From assembly GCA_043228905.1 (NCBI GenBank), contig JBHGNT010000006.1, positions 20,088,001 through 20,152,000 of the forward strand: a DNA stretch of 64,000 nt. Reading direction: 5' to 3'. Position 1 is the stretch's first letter. Each line of letters opens with the position of its first letter. The notes under the pieces are model-generated. The model was not told the DNA's origin. It made no database searches and saw nothing but the letters and a program-made list of their open reading frames with translations. The translations under genes were made by a program, and so were the position numbers. This DNA comes from Azolla caroliniana (taxonomy: Eukaryota; Plantae; Polypodiophyta). Of this stretch, positions 24,901 to 38,515 are shown piece by piece.

Positions 24901-27900
24901 TTTGACTGACCCATCCACACCATTATCATCTCCTTTTTGCACCTGCCCATTTTATTGTATAGACGGTAACTCGCCCAAACTGTAAGTTCTGGGAATGTTT
25001 AATGCCTAGCCGTTATTATCTTCCGGCTGGTTCCACACACAAACAAGATCGTGCAATGAAATCCAAAGACTCCATACGTACTTTGTATTTTTTTTTTGTT
25101 TCGTAATTGTTTCCCCCTTGCTTTTTGGACCAACATTCTTGTTTTGTTTTACCCATGAAATTTGACCCCTTTGAGAGTGTATCCGCCCTTGCCTTCCTTA
25201 GCCATCGTTATTTGACACTATATGACGTTGTCATTTAATGTTCTTTACATTTCATTCGGCCAACACTTCCAAACCATTGATCCATTGTCTCAATGCTCCT
25301 CATAGATTTTTTTATGAAGCACGCAATCGAGATACACTAAGAATTTTATATTGTAGGCAAGTTTTAGGAAAATATATGCCTTAAGCCATGTTTGTAAGGT
25401 GATGTGGACATTGTACTCCAAAATTCGTGACACCCTTTTGTCTTTAATCGCATGTCAATCCTTGAGATGTGCACTTTTTGAGCCCATGCCTCTCAAGCAT
25501 TGTCCATTCTAGATCTATTATTGGCCTGTGCTTTTTTAGAACCTTAAGGAAGGTGTACTGACATCAAAATTGATTAGTATGAGCAAAGTTTAGCAATCCA
25601 TGTAGAGGAATATAGGTTATCTCAATTTTAGAGAATAGCTCGTGACTCATCTGGCAAAACTTTTGTGTACTAGAGTGCAATGCAATTTGTCGCCATTGTA
25701 TTGTTGCCTACAACATTGACTCGAGCTAATCTTAGAGCTAGTAAGATGGCATAATATGCTCATTTTTACATTGATTTCCCATCTATTTAGCCGCACATTT
25801 TTTGTCATTTGGTAGGAATACCTTTTTGGTGCAAGGCTAAGGCTATTGTTTGTTTTCTTAAAAGGTGTCATTAAACTAGCTCTTATATGCTAACTTGTCT
25901 TTCTTCTCATATTCATCAAATTATATAACATGGTTTGCTAAAAGAGTCGGTGATTTATCGTTGGTGTCATTTAATGCGTGTAATGCTCTTGGTATTCCTT
26001 GGGGTAAGAAAACGAAGTTATGCCCATCATAATCACAAAGTGTCCATTCTAGATAAAACATTGTACTTAAGGATCATTGAGTTTTGCAATAGAAATTAAC
26101 AATTGAAAATAAATACATAGGTACTTAAAGGATCATTGAGATCATTGGAATAAGGTAACATTTCAAAGGATAATTATAGAGTTCATATTGGACTTCAATC
26201 ACATCTACACATCACCGTCTATATCAAGGTTTTGAAGGCAAATTAAAGGATTTCAATTATCACGATACTTCAATTGCACTTATTATATGTTTTGGCCCCT
26301 TGCTTGCCATGTCCAAGGTCATGCGTCACTTTGTTTGCATAAGAGTTCTAAGAGTTGATGATTCCTCTTGTTTGGTTAAAGATTGGCACGTTGTGTACCT
26401 TGAGAATGGTAAATTGTCGTTCACCTTATCGGGGAGTTGTGATACAAACTATGATAATAATATTAATGCTAGAAAGTTTTTTTGGAGAAAAACATGAGCT
26501 TTGATTTATTTTGTAAGTATTATACTTAGTCAGAAAATCTTTTTATACAAATCAAAGGAATGGGCCCCTAATCGGGATTATTTTCCTCTTTAGAGGAAAA
26601 CAAAAGCAATATGTGCATGATATAATAATGTAAGTATTAGATGATTTGCCATGTTGTCCTTATGACGATACATTGACAAAATTTCACTCAACATGAAGTT
26701 GCATTCATCTATTATTGGATAGTGTTTGCTTAAGGGATGTCTTTTGTACTTCAGGTGAGAGAAAGTATATTATAGGGTCACATACACATTATACAGATAC
26801 AAGCGCATAACAAGGATTCCCATAGTTTGATGTGGTGAAATCGCACGAGATCAACATCAACTTTTTACATGCTTTACTATCATGATTCATGGGATTTCAT
26901 TGTATTTCAAATTTAACCACTGATTGTAGACATAAAAGGTATAAACCTAGTATATCTACTGGAAGCATGCATAAGAACTCTGAAACCCATGAAATTAGGG
27001 CAAAACGCATAAAAGACTTGGGCTCCCTTTCCAATTCTTAGATTAAATGCACTAGGATGGTGAACCCAACCTAAACATATAATTTCAAGAAACCATTAGG
27101 ACCTAATTATCTTAGCTTCGATTAGCTAGAAAAACTTTTGTAAATCTCACGTATAGGTACATGTCTCCACACATATCACACAAAAGAAAGCAATGGCCCC
27201 ACATCCACATGCCACACCAAACTAAAGGGAATATCAATGGAGGTTGCTTTCTCAAAAGCATGACTTCTACCAAGAAAAGTTAGCAAAATGAATTGAAAAT
27301 CATATCATGAAAAGCACTTTTGCTTTATCACAACCACCCAAAGGAAAGCAAGCTCTCGAAATCGACTTAAAAAAAGCAAAGAATCAATACTTGCGGACAA
27401 AAAATCGTTTGAAGAGTAAATTGTCACATCGTGGAATGCTTTTTTCCACAAAAGAGAAGAAGAGGCACATCTTTCGTTTTACCCACATTTTTTGCCTTGT
27501 CTATATACACAGGAGAATGGAAGGGTGAAGTTTGTTTCAATGTCTGCTTTTAAGGCAATCACGCTAGTGAAAAAGAAAAACAATTCGAATTGAATATCCG
27601 ACACATTTTAGTATTGCCAATGAAGTCGGAAAAGAAAAAGTAAAAAAATCGCTATAATACTCGATTAAAATAACTCTCTCGAAGGATGAATGGGCTCACA
27701 ATGTCCCAAAAGTTTGATTTTGATGCATTCATGTGCATGATTTTCTTTTCCTTTTTGTTGTGCCCTCCTTTTTAAAAAAGAAGAAGATCACGCTCTTTTT
27801 CAAGGGCTTCATTTAGAGCCCAAATATATGACCGAATGATCATTCAGGATGGGTTTTTCTTTAATCCATGAATTGCATGCTTTACTATTTTAGCTTCGAT

Positions 27901-30092
27901 GATATGGTCTTTTTCTTCTTTTTTTATCGGCTTTCTTTCATCACAATAATAGTGCAATCCACAAACCGTGTCTACATTTTTGTTAGGTTAAGCTTTCAAA
28001 TGTTGTATTTTAATCAGTTCTATCCAACATAGTCGTAGCAACATTGTGTAATATAAATTATAATACATCAAAGAAAGTATCTGATTTCAAACGTAAGCTT
28101 AAATAAGACAATACATACTAAAGCACAACATGAAAGCAATGCCTCTAATGAGATGCTAAGGCATCTCCACAAGTGATTCTGTCCAACAAAAAAACTGTTA
28201 TACGTTAAGAACCTTCCTTCGCTTTCTTAACATTCTTAAGTTTAAAAATATAAGCATGATGTTGTATTGTGCTTTGCAACCTTGTTTTTCATGTAGACTC
28301 ATTATAAGAATGCTTCACATTTGGGTTTGAGATGCATGTTAACGATTATCTCCTACATCTATTGCTTTGAAATTGAATTTGTACTCTTTAGGTTCAAAAC
28401 AATGACACCGCCTTGATGGCAATGTTAAAAAGTTCATATATATCTATGTTTTTCTCTGGAGTCTCAAACTAGGGTAAGGGGAACATATCTATCCTCAACA
28501 AGCTTGAAATGTATCTGTCTTCTTCTTTTGTTCTACTTTGTGGAGGGTAGTCGAGAACACATGTATATTAATTTCATGTTTTCCATATATGAGCTCGCAA
28601 GTTCAAACACGTTCCATAACCTCATGACGAAAATGGCATTTTAGACATTTTTATGACATTTGCATCCATAACCCATAATGTAATTGTACCTAGCTAGAAA
28701 ACTCTACACTCAAAAACCCCTCCTTGTGTTTGGAAGATGTATCTCTAATTGTATTCCATGCATCTTGACATTTCCATGTCTTATTTTGAGAACTATGCAT
28801 GAAAGAACCCATGTTTGTGTTTGGAGGATGCACCTAAATGTATTTCATACATCTTGACATTTCCTCGTCTTATTTTGAAAATTTCCTAAAAGAGTAGCTC
28901 GTTTCTTCCTTCCCATTTCTTCTATTCTTCTAATCTATGATTTCTTTGGTCTCTTTTCCTGTGTGTGCACATTGATTTCCTTGTATGGTCACTTGATGTC
29001 ATAGGCCATTACCTAAAACCTCTTTCATGAACTTTTGTGTGATATGTCCTCTACACATTTAGTTGCTTTCATGTCATGTGTATACACACTTTGCCATGTT
29101 TTTGGTTCTCCATTCGTCACAAGTATCAACGTAACACAATTTGATGCATATATTGCATTTTGCACATTTAGTTGCTTCCATGTCATATTGCATGCAAGGC
29201 TTCTAATTTTCCATATGCAACGGATATCAACATGTTTTTTCTTATGCATATTTGCTATGAGTATCAACATGTCTAGAATCATATATAATGTTTGATGGTA
29301 AAAGGGTGCTCAAACATACATTATGTGAAAAAACACTCAATAGTTTTCAATTGGTTGAATATTTAATTAATAATTGGCTACTGAGATTGATTGTACCACA
29401 TAACCTCCAAAAGGGTGTAAATGAGTGAGATTGTCAAACTTTGTTCCTTAGTTTGTAATAGGGATAGGCAAATTGATGTGTAATATACAAAAGATTTGTT
29501 TAATGTTGTTTCGAGAAACAAACTTAAGTTTCTAACTTGATTCAACATTAATAAGAAATGTCTTTCTATCTATCAGTCGATTTGTTCATTGTGTGTATCT
29601 TATCATGTCAACAACCACTATTCTTTTTCTCTCTTACACCACATCCTCATATTTCATTATTTTGTTGAGTTGGTGTATGGTCATCTAGACAAACACAAAT
29701 GAACTTGTCACACACCTTATGTGTTTAGTTGTATTCCTTCCATTTTCACACTAGATGCTAATGTTTATCTACTCGAAAGATTTTGACAGATATCATTGTT
29801 TGTTTTTTGACCTTAGGGTATTTTACTTCCTAAAAGTATAGGCCTTCACACAAAGTTTTCAAATGAGATCATCAGTCTTCTATGAACGATGATGTTGGAT
29901 AAGTTATTTATGGGGCATATACCAAAATACAGTAAAACAACCATTGATTCTCCAAAAGATCAAAATTCTCTCACTAATTCCATCTCTCACTTTTGAGATA
30001 GTTGACAAAGGTCAAACACTTCGATGCATTAATAGTAATCCAAGTCTTGTTATATTGGGCGTAGATATGGGGAGTAAATGAAAGATCATTGA

Positions 30093-30254
30093 GAGAGTAC
30101 AAAATATGTTCGGATCCTATAACACCACTCTAGGTAGCAGACGAAAGGGCATTTAAAGGGTACAAAATATGTTCCTATAATACCATCCTAGGGAGGAGAT
30201 GAAAGGACATCAGGAGGGTACAAAAATATGTTCCTATAACACCACCCTCTAGGG
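30093..30254. repeat. Tandem repeat, ~60 bp x 3
   Basis: GTACAAAATATGTTCCTATAACACCA..CTAGG repeated three times. Confidence 0.8.
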
Positions 30255-30341
30255 TCATGAGTCACCAATGCTCCTTGTAACAGGACCAATAGCCATCAAA
30301 CTAGAGGGTATTATGGAGAGTCCACAAATATGTCGCCTAAC

Positions 30342-31145
30342 TGTCGTGCCTTTCGGCTTCGGATCATTGCGTGAGTCGGGTGGGAACCACCGTGGTTTTG
30401 GACTAGGAGGAGGAAGAATTTGAGGCTAATCTAGTTATGAATATGAATAGATTATAAGAAAGAGATATAGAAACTTGTGAATCCCACAAGTATAATTGTT
30501 TTAGTTTATCTTAATCGTAGTAATAAATTGAAATAGTTTAGAATAGATTAGAGTAGATTGAGAAAAGAGATCAAACCTTGTGAATCCCACAAGTATTACG
30601 TTAATCAATATTTATGTAAGAATATGAATTTAGATTGAAAGAGATAGATTATATAAAACTTCGTGAATCCCACGATTCTATTTTATTATTGGTGTTTTAG
30701 GAAATATATCCAATTTCCCAAATATTTCACACACACCTTACATTGTGCTCCCCATCTTTATGTAGTGATGAGGGAGTCTTAGCAATCCATGCTTTTTCTT
30801 CTCTAACTATAGACTCCATGCTTTTCCTATAGATAGATTATATGCTTTATCTATCTTGTGCGTTTTTTTATCGACTATAGCGTTCATGCACGCTAGATAT
30901 GCACGCGTAGCTTTTTCTTTTAGCATGCATTTTTCTTTTAACTATCCTACGTGAACTTACCTTTTTTTATGTGGGACATCTACTTTTTAACATGGTAAGG
31001 TTTTACATTATTAACATGGAGGTGCAAGGTTTGAATCTTGCCTTATGCATGTTATATATATTTTAATATTTTCTACTATTTATTCATATTTATTAAATCG
31101 GTACTTTATAAGTTTTTCACGTAGTGTACGAAATACACTATGACA
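30342..31145 (-). mobile_element. Gypsy LTR in minus orientation, same family as 34305-35199
   Basis: Both ends are reverse complements of the ends of the 34305-35199 LTR. Flanks CTAAC/CCGCT do not form a TSD. Confidence 0.85.
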
Positions 31146-34100
31146 CCGCTGATAGCGAACAAAAGAGGAAAGAAGTCTCGGGGGATCCGACACTTCGGAA
31201 GTCCATGGATATCGGACAAGCCTTCATGGATGAGACCCGGAAGAAACTTCAGATCAGTGGAGGTGGGTTCCTATTAAAGAATTAAGAAGAACGATTCCGT
31301 GGGATGCTAGAGCGACATGGGAGAGCATTTGCATTTACATCGAAAGAAATAGGATGTGTTGACCCGAAGATAGTGGAGCCGATGGGGATCTTCACGTTTG
31401 ACCATGTGCCGTGGAACCTGAAGCCGATTCCAGTGCCACGGGCGCATATTCCGAAAATCATCGACTTGCTCAAGGAGAAGGTGGCGATGGGGATTCTAGA
31501 GCCATCAAACGCTCCGTACTCAAATCGATGGTTTACGGTGCCGAAGAAGAATGGGTCACTCCGATTTATCCAAGACTTGCAACCGGTGAACAAAGTCACG
31601 ATCCGGAACTCCGGGGTTGGTCTGATAGTGGACGAATTTGCGGAAGCATTTGCCGGTCGAGCGATATACTCCATCGGAGACCTATACTTGGGGTATGACC
31701 AATTCCAACTAGCCGTGGAGAGCCGAGGCATCACTACCATGCAGACACCGATAAGATTAGTTCAAATGTGTACGCTACCACAAGGAGCGACAAACTCGGT
31801 TGCAGATATGATGAACGCGATGAACAAGGTGCTTCAAGATTGCATTCCGGAGATAACGATGCCGTTTCTAGATGACATTCCGATGAAAGATGCGTGGTAG
31901 AAGAAAAAGATGAAACTATGGATGATCGAGGATGCCGAAAGTTCGTAGTCGACCATATTTGTGATTGCGAGAAAGTGCTTCTAAAGTTAGAAGATGTGCA
32001 CCTAACACTTTCCAGGGAGAAATCGGCATTCGGGCAAGAAGAAATATTGGTAGTCGGACATCTATGTGGGCCCTACGGTTGAAGACCGTCACCAATCAAG
32101 ATTGGTGCGATTCAAGCTATGAAAGAAGTATGCGAGTCACAATCTGAAGTCCGAAGGTTTCTTGGAGCATGTGCATTCTATCACATATGGATTCCGCACT
32201 ATGCACATATTGCGGACCCACCCTATCACTTGTTGCGGAAGGGTAAGAAGTTTGAATGGAAACCAGAGCATACCAAAGCCGTGAAGAAGCTCAAAGAATC
32301 ACTACGGAGGGCAAAGCACTAAAGAAGCCGAACTATGACCGACCGATCATAGTAACGATTGACACAAGTCCAACCGGAATCGGATGGGTCATCAATCAAG
32401 CCGATCCGGATGGTTCGTGATATCCGATCCGATTTGGAGCAAAGGTTCTCAACGAAAGGCAACACGGGTATGCACAAATCAAAAGAGAATTATGGGGAGT
32501 CGTGTCGGCAATCAAATCGAATCGAGATTATTTGATCGGAGCCAAAGTAGTGATCGAAATGGATTGTCTTCCGATACTTGGGATGATGCGGTGTTGCACG
32601 ATACCGGATGTGGCTATGCTAAGGTGGATTGCATATGTTAAGTCACTTAATCCGGAGGTACGACACATCTCCGGAAAAGACAACGCGGTAGCGGATATGC
32701 TGTCAAGGGCGCGGTTCGGAGATGACATAACCGAATCCAAGAATGAAGAAGTTTCCGAAGACTACTTTGCTTTGGAGCACATATGCCGGGTGAACGTAAT
32801 CCGAGAATTCCAGGAAGAAGAATACGAGGGAGAAAGCTTGTTGATCGGGAAAGTGCTACAAGAAATCGAGGAATCATCAGACAATAAAGCGAAGAGAGCC
32901 GAGATCCGAAGTAAGAAACGGCAAGTCCGAAAGTTCTTCTTGAAAAATGGATTAATATGGAGGGAGCCGAAAAGACCTGATGGCATACCACTTCGGGTAG
33001 TCGGGATGAAAGAGCAACGAAACCGGATAATGTCCAAATTTCACGAATCCGATTGGGCTGGACATTGAGGAACATGGGCAACTTTTGTGAAAATCAAACA
33101 AAAATATTGGTGGAAGAACATGTACAAAGATATAGCGGAGTTCACGGAAAGCTGCGAGAAGTGTCAAATCTACTCTGGAGTTCGACACCGAGATGGGTTA
33201 CATCCAACATTCTCACCGACAATCAACTTCATATGGATGGTCGATATTGTTGCCATGCCAACCGGGATCAGACAAAAGAAGTACTTGGTGTTAGCTCGGG
33301 AAGATCTCACAAACCAAGTAAGAAGGTTGGGCGCTACGAAGGAAAACGTGTTCTGCGGTATGCCAATTTCTTTTGGAGGAGGTGTTTTGCAGGTACGGGT
33401 GTGTAGGACAAGTGATTGCGGATTGGGGAGAACTCAACTCTGATAAAGCTAAGGAATTATTCACCAAACATGGAGTTTGGTTAACACTAACAATGGCATA
33501 AAATCCGGAGGCCAACAAGAAAATCGAACGAGGACATAGTCCGATTGTCAAAACACTTGCCAAAGCATGCAACGGAAGGGTGAAGGATTGGCCAGAGATG
33601 CTTCCGTATGCACTATGGGCGGATCGGACGACGCATAGCTCCATAACCGGTTACATGCCGGCAGAACTCATGACCGGACAAGCACCGGTAATGCCAATGG
33701 AAACCGCGATCGCGACATGGACAGTGCTACCATGGAAGGAAGAGATGAGCCGGGAAGAACTACTAGCGGTCCGGATACAACAACTAGAGGGAAGACCAGA
33801 AGACGTAGCGGAAGCAATATGCTGACAACAAGAAGCGCGATTCCGGAATAAAAGCCGGTTCGACACAAAGCACCGACTACGATCGCGGAAGATTGAAGAA
33901 GGAGATTGGGTGATTGTCTACGACAGTAGTTTGGATCATCAACATACAACGATGCGGAAGTTCGCGAAAAGGTGGTTCGGGCCATACAAGGTTCGGAAAG
34001 TTTTCGACAACGGAACTTACCGACTATGCGAGTTGGATGGAACAATGCTACAAGTGCCTATAGTTGGGAAACGGGTGAAGATTTTCAAGAAGCGGACTGA

Positions 34101-34248
34101 TGAAGAACCCTATGTGATCCTAGACAAGACCGACAAGAAGGAGCAATTGGACGAAGATCGCGGTGATGCGGAAAGCGAAGAAAGTGGATTACAACTCATA
34201 GTCGACTTAAGGGGAGAATCGGAGGAAGCTTCGAATGAAGGTGAATAG
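31146..34248 (+). pseudogene. Ty3/gypsy pol (RT, RNase H, integrase), decayed, 5'-truncated, no chromodomain seen
   Basis: LRFIQDLQPVN, LPQGATNS, FLDDIP, VRRFLG, DTSP, NAVADMLSR, H...CEKC, WFGPYKV. Confidence 0.93.
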
Positions 34249-34304
34249 AAAGCATCGGGGACTTTGGCACATACCGGAGGATGTGCGGGTTAGGAGGGGG
34301 TGAG

Positions 34305-35199
34305 TGTCGTAGTGTAATTCGCACATTACGTGAAAAATTACATTTTTGGTCTCTCCAGATAGGACATGGAGTACTCGGTGAGAACCGGAAGGAGGAATCG
34401 GTAAGGACCGAAACCAGTAAGGAGACCTGGCAAGAGCCGGATGAAGAAGGCCGGTGAGAGTCGGTGAGAAACGGACAAAGAGATTGGTAAGGAGGTCCCG
34501 GTAAGAACCGGATAAAGAAAACTAGCAAGCACCGGATGAAGCAGAACCTGCAAGAGCCGGATGAAGAAGGCCGGTGAGAGTCTCTCATCGGATGAAGAGA
34601 CATATTTGTAAATAGAAGAAAGTATAAAAATATATATATTACATGCATAAGGCAAGATTCGAACCTTGCACCTCCATGTTAATAATGTTAAGCTTTATCA
34701 CTATACTAGCATATTATGAATTTTAAAGTTATACTAAACTTTATCCCATGTAAATATTCTAGATATGCATGGTACAAAAAGTTATTCATGCATACACACT
34801 CGAGTTAAAAGAAAAGATGGGATAGAAAGCTAATCATGCACGTGCAGTGTGCATGAAAACTAAAGTTAGGAAAAGCAAGATGCTTGCATGTGATAAACTT
34901 AGACTCTTCCAACACTATATAAGGAAGAGAGAAAGATGTATAGGGGTTGTTGCTTATTTTACAAGGGTGGATTAATATAATATAATCGTGGGATTCACGA
35001 ATTTGCTAACTATTTTTTTCTCTTAATCTGAGTACTCACTAATACACTATACTCATGGGATTCATGAGTTTTTCATATCTTTCTTCCTTACAACATATTT
35101 CATATTCTTCATTGCCTTAGAATTTTCTTTTCTCCTAGTCCAAAACCTCAGTGGTTTCCGCCCGACTCACGCAACGATCCGGAGCCGAAAGGCACGACA
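34305..35199 (+). mobile_element. 3' LTR of the gypsy element
   Basis: PPT AGGAGGGGG(TGAG) before TGTCGT, ends ACGACA, TATATAA at ~34916, internal ACCGG-rich repeats. Right flank is chromovirus pol. Confidence 0.9.
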
Positions 35200-38100
35200 A
35201 CATGGGAATCCAAGGGCATACCGAAGACCTGTGTTGCGTGCAGTCGTGCTGGTCCCAAGATGACTTGGTTTTGGTTATCGAAAGTTGGCTCGCCAAGACG
35301 CGGTGCTAGATACGAGCACCGTGATAATGTATCTGCCTTCCCTTGTTGCTTCCCTGGATGATATGTAATTTTGAAGTCAAAAAGAGTGAGGAATTGGGCC
35401 CACCAAGCTTGACGTCGATTTAACACACGAGCATTTTGAAAGTAGGCAAGGTTTTTGTGATCATTGAATACGGTAACTTGATGAGAAGATCCCTATAGAA
35501 AATGCCTCCATTGCGTAAAAGAGTCCACTATTGCTAATAGCTCCTTATCATGAATTTCATAGTTGATTTCGGCGGCGTCAAACTTGTGTGAGTGGAAAGC
35601 CATAGGATGGCGCTTTTCATCATCACCTTGTTGTGACAGAATGCTACCCAACGTGAAATCCGACGCGTCTGCTTCGATGATGAATGGTTTTTCCGGATCA
35701 ACATGAGCCAAAATAGGAGTTGATGTAAATGTCTTCTTAAGACTCTCAAAAGTCACGTCTGCTTCTTCAAACCAAACGAACGATTGTCCCTTCCTGGTGA
35801 GCTGCGTGAGAGACAGAACAAGCTTTGAGTAATCCTGTATAAACTTGCGGTAGAAATTGGCAAAGCCTAAAAAGCATTGCACATCTCACGATGAACACGG
35901 AGTTTGACACTCTACCATCGTTTTGACCTTAGCTGGATCCATAGAAATGCCTTCTGAAGAAATGACATAGCCTAGAAATTCTACCTGATTGCACTCGAAA
36001 CTACATTTTTCCAGCTTTGCATAAAGACCATGTTCTCGAAGTCGTTTTAATACTAACAGTACATGAGAATCATGCTCTTCTTGGGTCTTCGAATAAACCA
36101 ATAGATCATCCAAATAGATGATCAAACAAACATCCAAGAGATCTCGGAATATATCATTTGCCATGTGCTAGAAGACTATTGGCGCATTAGTGAGGCTGAA
36201 TGGCATGACCGTATACTCGAAGTGCCCATATCTGGTGTGAAACGCGGTCTTCCATTCATCTCCTGGTCAGATTCGTACGAGGTTATATGCTCCTCGTAAG
36301 TCGATCTTTGTGAAGAACCTTGCACCATTGATCCGTTCTAAAAGACTTGAGATAAGGGGAAGTGCGTACCTATTCCTGATGGTGACATTATTCAAGCCAT
36401 GGTAATCTACGACGAGACGAAGTGATCCATCCTTTTTCTTGACGAAGAAAATGGGTGCGTCGGCTGGAGATTTTGAATGTCGAATGAAACCATTTGCTAA
36501 ATTCTCCTCTATATAGGCTTGAAGGACTTCTAGCTCAGTTGGTGACAAATTGTAGATCGGTCCCAATGGTGGCTCTTTTCCTGGTTGTAAATCGATGGGG
36601 CAATCATACGGTCGATGGTGAGGAAGCATATTAGCTTGTATTTTATTGAACACATCGGCATAATGACGATACTTCTCTGGAAGTTGAATGGTGGACTCCT
36701 CTTTAGTGGTGTTGGAGGGTTTTAGTGATACTGCGAAGAGAAACATTTCTTCCTTGCGTCCTTCCTCACGCAACTGATGTAGCGAAATGGTTGCAATCTT
36801 ATGAGTAGATCCTCGAGTTTGTTGATACCGGATTTCTCTTGTTCTCCAATCTATGTCTGGGCTATGTAATTCGAACCATGGTAATCCCAAAAAAATGGGA
36901 TGTTTTGGGATACTAATTATATTAAAGGATACAACACATGCTAAATTATCTAGGACAATATTAACAGGCTCTGACTCTTCTGTGATATTTCCAGAAGCAA
37001 TGGGACGACCATCAATGACTACTACAGAGGCTGGACACGGGAGTTTTCTTAGGGATATATGATGAGCTTGGGCAAAATTCCTATCCATGAAGCAAGAATT
37101 AGCTCCGAAATCTAGGAGTGCCGAGACATGTACTAGAGAGGTACTTTTAGTACTAACTGTTACTTGGGCTAAGAACACATTGCTAACTTGCTTAGAGGGA
37201 ATGGAACCACTAATGGGCTGCACAGATCTACGACTGTCCAACCAAACGGCTCCTATTTTGGCTGGACTTAGTCGTTTAACTCTTCTTCTAACTGACTAAG
37301 AACATCAAATTTGTTCGATAGATTTGGGCTATTAGTACTATTAGGACTATTAGATATTCCTACTGAAATAGACATGGGTTTAGTACAATTAGAACTAGCG
37401 ACTATTTGGTTCACTTGTCTTCTTGGCCTATGGGGACAATTCACTTCAATATGCCCTGGTCCACCGCAATAAAGACATAGTTGATTTGCTCGACGTCGTT
37501 GCTTTTCTTCTTCCGATAATGGTCTGCGATGACGTTTAGTGTCAATTTCCTTTGGAGTTGGAGTATTCACTAGAGATGCATTATATGACTCCCTTGGAAA
37601 AGGTTTTGCTACCACTGAGGTGTAGGTGGCCTCTTATCTTGCCCTTGGCATCTGGAACTGATGTTCCGAACGTCGTTTGAAAAGACGGTTGTCGCATCTC
37701 ACCGCGCGACTAATTGCTTTTGTCAATGACTTTGGTTCTTCAGGGAAGGTCAAGAGTAAATCCTTGACATCGTTACATAGACCATAACGAAATTGCTCCA
37801 TAAGTGCTTGGTCATCCCAGGGGATATCGGAGGCGAGTAGACGGAAATCTGCAGCGTATGTGGAGGTTGGATGATCACCTTGATGTAATCGTCGGATTTT
37901 GTTGATTGTTGTCCTTATGATGTCAGTATCTCCAAAACAGACTTTAAACTCACTTAAAAAATCTTCAAAATTGTTTAGTAAAGGAGATTCCTTTTCTAAC
38001 AACGGAGCGAACCATGCCAAAGTTGAGCCACTTAACAACGTGCCTACTAAACCCACTCGTGATGCATCGGTGGGATATCAGGAAGGATGCATTTGAGTGA

Positions 38101-38419
38101 CTAATCGTACCTGATTAAGGAATCCTCTAAACTGCGATCACATTCCATCGAATTTCATGGGAAGGCCGACCTTGGGTTCTTTATGAACCCCTTACGTACT
38201 GGGTCCTTGTTGTTGCATCGCGACTATGGTTGCTTCGAGTTGTTGCACGCATAACTCTAGTTCCCCATGTTGTTGTTGTGTCTATTGCTTCTTTAAGGAG
38301 ATTTGTTGAAGCTCCCCCAATAGTAGTTGATTTTCTTGTTCCAATGCGAGAAACTTCTCTTTCAAGCATTGCAACTCCGAAAAAACGGATTGATATTCTT
38401 GAGCACTAACAGTGGCCAT
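35200..38419 (-). pseudogene. Chromovirus copy 2: gag, protease, RT and RNase H, decayed; integrase and 3' LTR missing
   Basis: gag from ATG at 38419 with CLYCGGPGHIEVNC knuckle; protease LLDFGANS; RT and RNase H closely similar to 26-1560. Confidence 0.95.
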
Positions 38420-38515
38420 AGTATGAGAGAAAAGAGGAATAAGATATTAGTATGAAGGGAGGGAGAAGTAAGAAGATAAAGGAAGAGAAGGAAGGATACA
38501 GAAATCGGTTCAAAC

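Noticed and set aside
23700-24985. Many K/F/G-rich ORFs on both strands
   Set aside because: Artefacts of microsatellites and homopolymers that lack stop codons.
30093-30254. CRISPR-like ~60-bp periodicity
   Set aside because: The intervening segments resemble each other (GA.GAAAGG.CAT), so it is a plain tandem repeat.
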